IMG/VR virus record: IMGVR_UViG_3300032330_002083
Coordinates: 1-36,809 of that record
Source: a virus
Lineage: Duplodnaviria > Caudoviricetes
Strand: one strand, 5' to 3'
Length of the DNA stretch: 36,809 nt
The first letter of the stretch is position 1, and the number at the start of each line of letters is the position of its first letter. The translations under genes were made by a program, and so were the position numbers. The notes under the pieces were generated by a model. The model did not search any database. It saw only the letters and a program-made list of their open reading frames with translations, and was not told where the DNA came from. Positions 34,612 through 36,809 of this stretch are shown here, in pieces.

Positions 34612-36319
34612 ACATTACGATGGCCAACCCATCTAAACAAGCACTCACACCATCTATTTTATACGTACGTTTCAAATCGTTTTTCTGAAACCAAAGATTA
34701 TTATTTCTATCAATCGTTTGTTTCAAATTCCGTATCATCCACCGTATCACAGGGTTACCATTATGATTCAATCGTTTCTTGTCAATCAACAGCTTAAACC
34801 AGACAATCACAGGGCTTAAACCTACATTTAGGTTAATTCTATCGCCACCGTTCCGCACCTCTACACCGCCATTTATAAACGACTTCTGCACCACTTCTTT
34901 TATCCGTATTCCCTCATTGTGGCAAGCCTCAGCAATCGAGCCAATGTTAAAAGGGTCAAAACCAAATGCTTTTATGTTAAACAGCGTATTCAACTCCAAT
35001 ATCTGTTCCTGTATCTGCACATGAGAATGATAATTACCCTCAACCACCGTAATAAATCCCTTTTTTACCCAATCTTTCATCTCAAAAACTCCAGACGCTT
35101 CGCATTTTTTTAGTGAATCCTCAGTAATCCAAAACCACCAAAATACCGTAAAACTCACATTAGCTTCATAATCTACACGACGATCATAATCTTTTCTTGT
35201 AGAATTAGGAAAAATCAAACAAAGAGCTGCAATATCATCAGTCATAGCCATGTCAAAGCCTGCATAGCATTCCTTTCCATAAAACTCGCTCAATTGTAAT
35301 TCCTTATTACAATTCGACATCCAGTCCTCATCGCTAATTACAATTGTTGGAGCATCAACCCAAATATTTAAGTTTTTAGTCTTAAACTCCACAAAACTTT
35401 GCTCACCTTTCTGGAAGGCATTTATCAAATCTTCTTTAAAATCCTTTACTGGTATAGTTATCCCAAGGTTCGGGTTGCCCTTATACCATGTCTTTGGGTC
35501 AAATATATCATCCTCTTCATCAGGCGAAAAAATCAAGACAAAAATCGAATCATTCTCAATAATCCCCTTTACAATTGGAATATAAAGATTTTGCTCATTC
35601 ACATAACAGGGTTTACTTTTGTCAAATCCTCTGGTAGTAATATATTCCAAAATCTTCTCACGCCTGTTAATCATACCCGACCGCAGCACATTGGGCATAT
35701 CATCAGTTTCAAACTCGTGATACTCGTCAATAATCCCATAAGTCGGCCTTGTACCATCTGCAGTTTTCGGGTTAGATGTCAAAAAACTAATTTTACTCTG
35801 GTCTTCTATCGAGTAAATTACCTCAGATGTTTTTCTAAAATAAGATTGTAAGTCTTCGTTATAATCTAAAATTGTCTTTACGTCAGAAAAACAGATTTTC
35901 GCCTGGTCTTCCTTATTAGCAACAATATAAACCTCAGGATTATAATTATCCTCCACCAAGCCATGGTAAAAAATCTTTGGTACTCTTGTCAAGGTTTTTT
36001 GGTTTTTCCGAGCCATAGAGCAGTACATCGTCCTAAATCTTCTGCCTTTAGTATCAGATCGCCGCCACCCAAAAAAATAATAATACTCCAACTTTTGCCA
36101 CCAAAACAAAGTCGCTGGCTCATTCTTAAAATCATTCAGCAACTCCGCAAACCTAACAACATCAATTCCTTTTTCGTGATCAAAATATATTCCACGGTCC
36201 TTTCCAGTCTCCAAATCTCGCCTATGTCTAATCACACAATCCTTCAACAACTGCCCAGCAGGAATAGCCCCATTCAATATTTTATCTTCAATAAGTTTAA
36301 TAGATTTGTCATATTTCAT
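34568..36319 (-). CDS. terL: Terminase large subunit
   Basis: Walker A variant ARKNQKT, Walker B IIDEYHE, ITT, W.K.NPNLG, G.D.....D..A, FDP.N and KIDG motifs. Confidence 0.96.
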   Translation of the reverse strand: MKYDKSIKLIEDKILNGAIPAGQLLKDCVIRHRRDLETGKDRGIYFDHEKGIDVVRFAELLNDFKNEPATLFWWQKLEYYYFFGWRRSDTKGRRFRTMYCSMARKNQKTLTRVPKIFYHGLVEDNYNPEVYIVANKEDQAKICFSDVKTILDYNEDLQSYFRKTSEVIYSIEDQSKISFLTSNPKTADGTRPTYGIIDEYHEFETDDMPNVLRSGMINRREKILEYITTRGFDKSKPCYVNEQNLYIPIVKGIIENDSIFVLIFSPDEEDDIFDPKTWYKGNPNLGITIPVKDFKEDLINAFQKGEQSFVEFKTKNLNIWVDAPTIVISDEDWMSNCNKELQLSEFYGKECYAGFDMAMTDDIAALCLIFPNSTRKDYDRRVDYEANVSFTVFWWFWITEDSLKKCEASGVFEMKDWVKKGFITVVEGNYHSHVQIQEQILELNTLFNIKAFGFDPFNIGSIAEACHNEGIRIKEVVQKSFINGGVEVRNGGDRINLNVGLSPVIVWFKLLIDKKRLNHNGNPVIRWMIRNLKQTIDRNNNLWFQKNDLKRTYKIDGVSACLDGLAIVMFEEEEKVIRLRPLG

Positions 36320-36320
36320 A

Positions 36321-36773
36321 TTAGGAAACCTTTTTTAAACGAGACGCTTCTATTTTAGCCTTCAACGGACTAATCGTAACTTTTGAAACAATATTCATAT
36401 TAGCACGCCCCCGAGGATTCAAACCAAAGTTTGTTTCAAAATCAGTCAAATACTTTGAGATTGACAAAACTTTATAATAATCCTGTGCAGTAGTGCTTTC
36501 GTCATTCAAATACTCAGTATGCAAATTATAAAAATGGTAGTGCTGGCAATACCTCGAGAATGCAGGCAAATCAATCGCAGTTAGCACACCTTTATCAATC
36601 AACTCATTACCAGAGTTAAACCAAATATCTTTTACTTCTTGCCCAAAGTGTTTCGGAGGTTCAGGCATTTTCTTCAAAGCCTCAACCCTAATTTCATTCT
36701 TATTTATCCGTGATTTTCTTAAAGTACCTTGTTGTGCTTTCAAGGCATCTGATTTTCTTGGTCTTCCTGCCAT
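36321..36773 (-). CDS. terS: Terminase small subunit, P27 family
   Basis: MAGRPRK......GT.R, PP..., W, L...D......YC and FGL.P..R motifs. Confidence 0.92.
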   Translation of the reverse strand: MAGRPRKSDALKAQQGTLRKSRINKNEIRVEALKKMPEPPKHFGQEVKDIWFNSGNELIDKGVLTAIDLPAFSRYCQHYHFYNLHTEYLNDESTTAQDYYKVLSISKYLTDFETNFGLNPRGRANMNIVSKVTISPLKAKIEASRLKKVS

Positions 36774-36809
36774 ATCCCCCTTTAAATTTTGGCACTCGTT
36801 TTTTCACAA

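Larger units (their letters stand above)
1..36809. mobile_element. Temperate HK97-like siphophage genome (probable Bacteroidota host), apparently near-complete
   Basis: Integrase, cI/cro, replication, terminase, portal, protease, capsid, tail and lysis genes are all present and no host housekeeping genes are seen. HNH at the left end and terS at the right end become adjacent and co-oriented if the ends are joined. Confidence 0.95.

Noticed and set aside
14921-36358. Numerous plus-strand ORFs opposite the structural genes
   Set aside because: Antisense shadows of well-supported minus-strand genes with no motifs; only the 32582-33484 cassette is accepted
1-36809. tRNA/rRNA genes or an alternative genetic code
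   Set aside because: No cloverleaf or rRNA sequence was recognised; the standard code gives intact, densely packed genes

Overview
The window looks like an essentially complete ~36.8 kb temperate HK97-like siphophage genome with a Bacteroidota host. The host call is an inference from AT-richness, A-rich start regions without Shine-Dalgarno sites, TAnnTTTG-type -7 promoter boxes and AxA-Q signal peptides. The sequence appears to be opened in the HNH-terS interval, where cos is expected. Left to right it carries HNH, a candidate attP, a tyrosine integrase, a cI/cro switch and an early/replication operon (+). A long late region follows on the minus strand: terS, terL, portal, protease, major capsid, head-tail, tail, tape measure, tail tip/fibres and lysis. 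Three things stand out. (1) Two plus-strand accessory cassettes (about 9.9-10.6 kb and 32.5-33.5 kb) carry unrelated proteins but share one non-coding chassis: operator palindrome, -7 box, CAGC-AAC(G/A)AA-GC leader hairpin, small acidic cargo genes, a 38-nt structure-conserved RNA hairpin (33/38 identical) and a small DNA-binding gene. This resembles acr-aca-like anti-defence operons with an RNA control layer. (2) Three late-region genes, including a tail-fibre-like protein, carry Sec signal peptides. (3) There are several candidate sRNAs. All product calls come from reading motifs by eye; no database searches were run.
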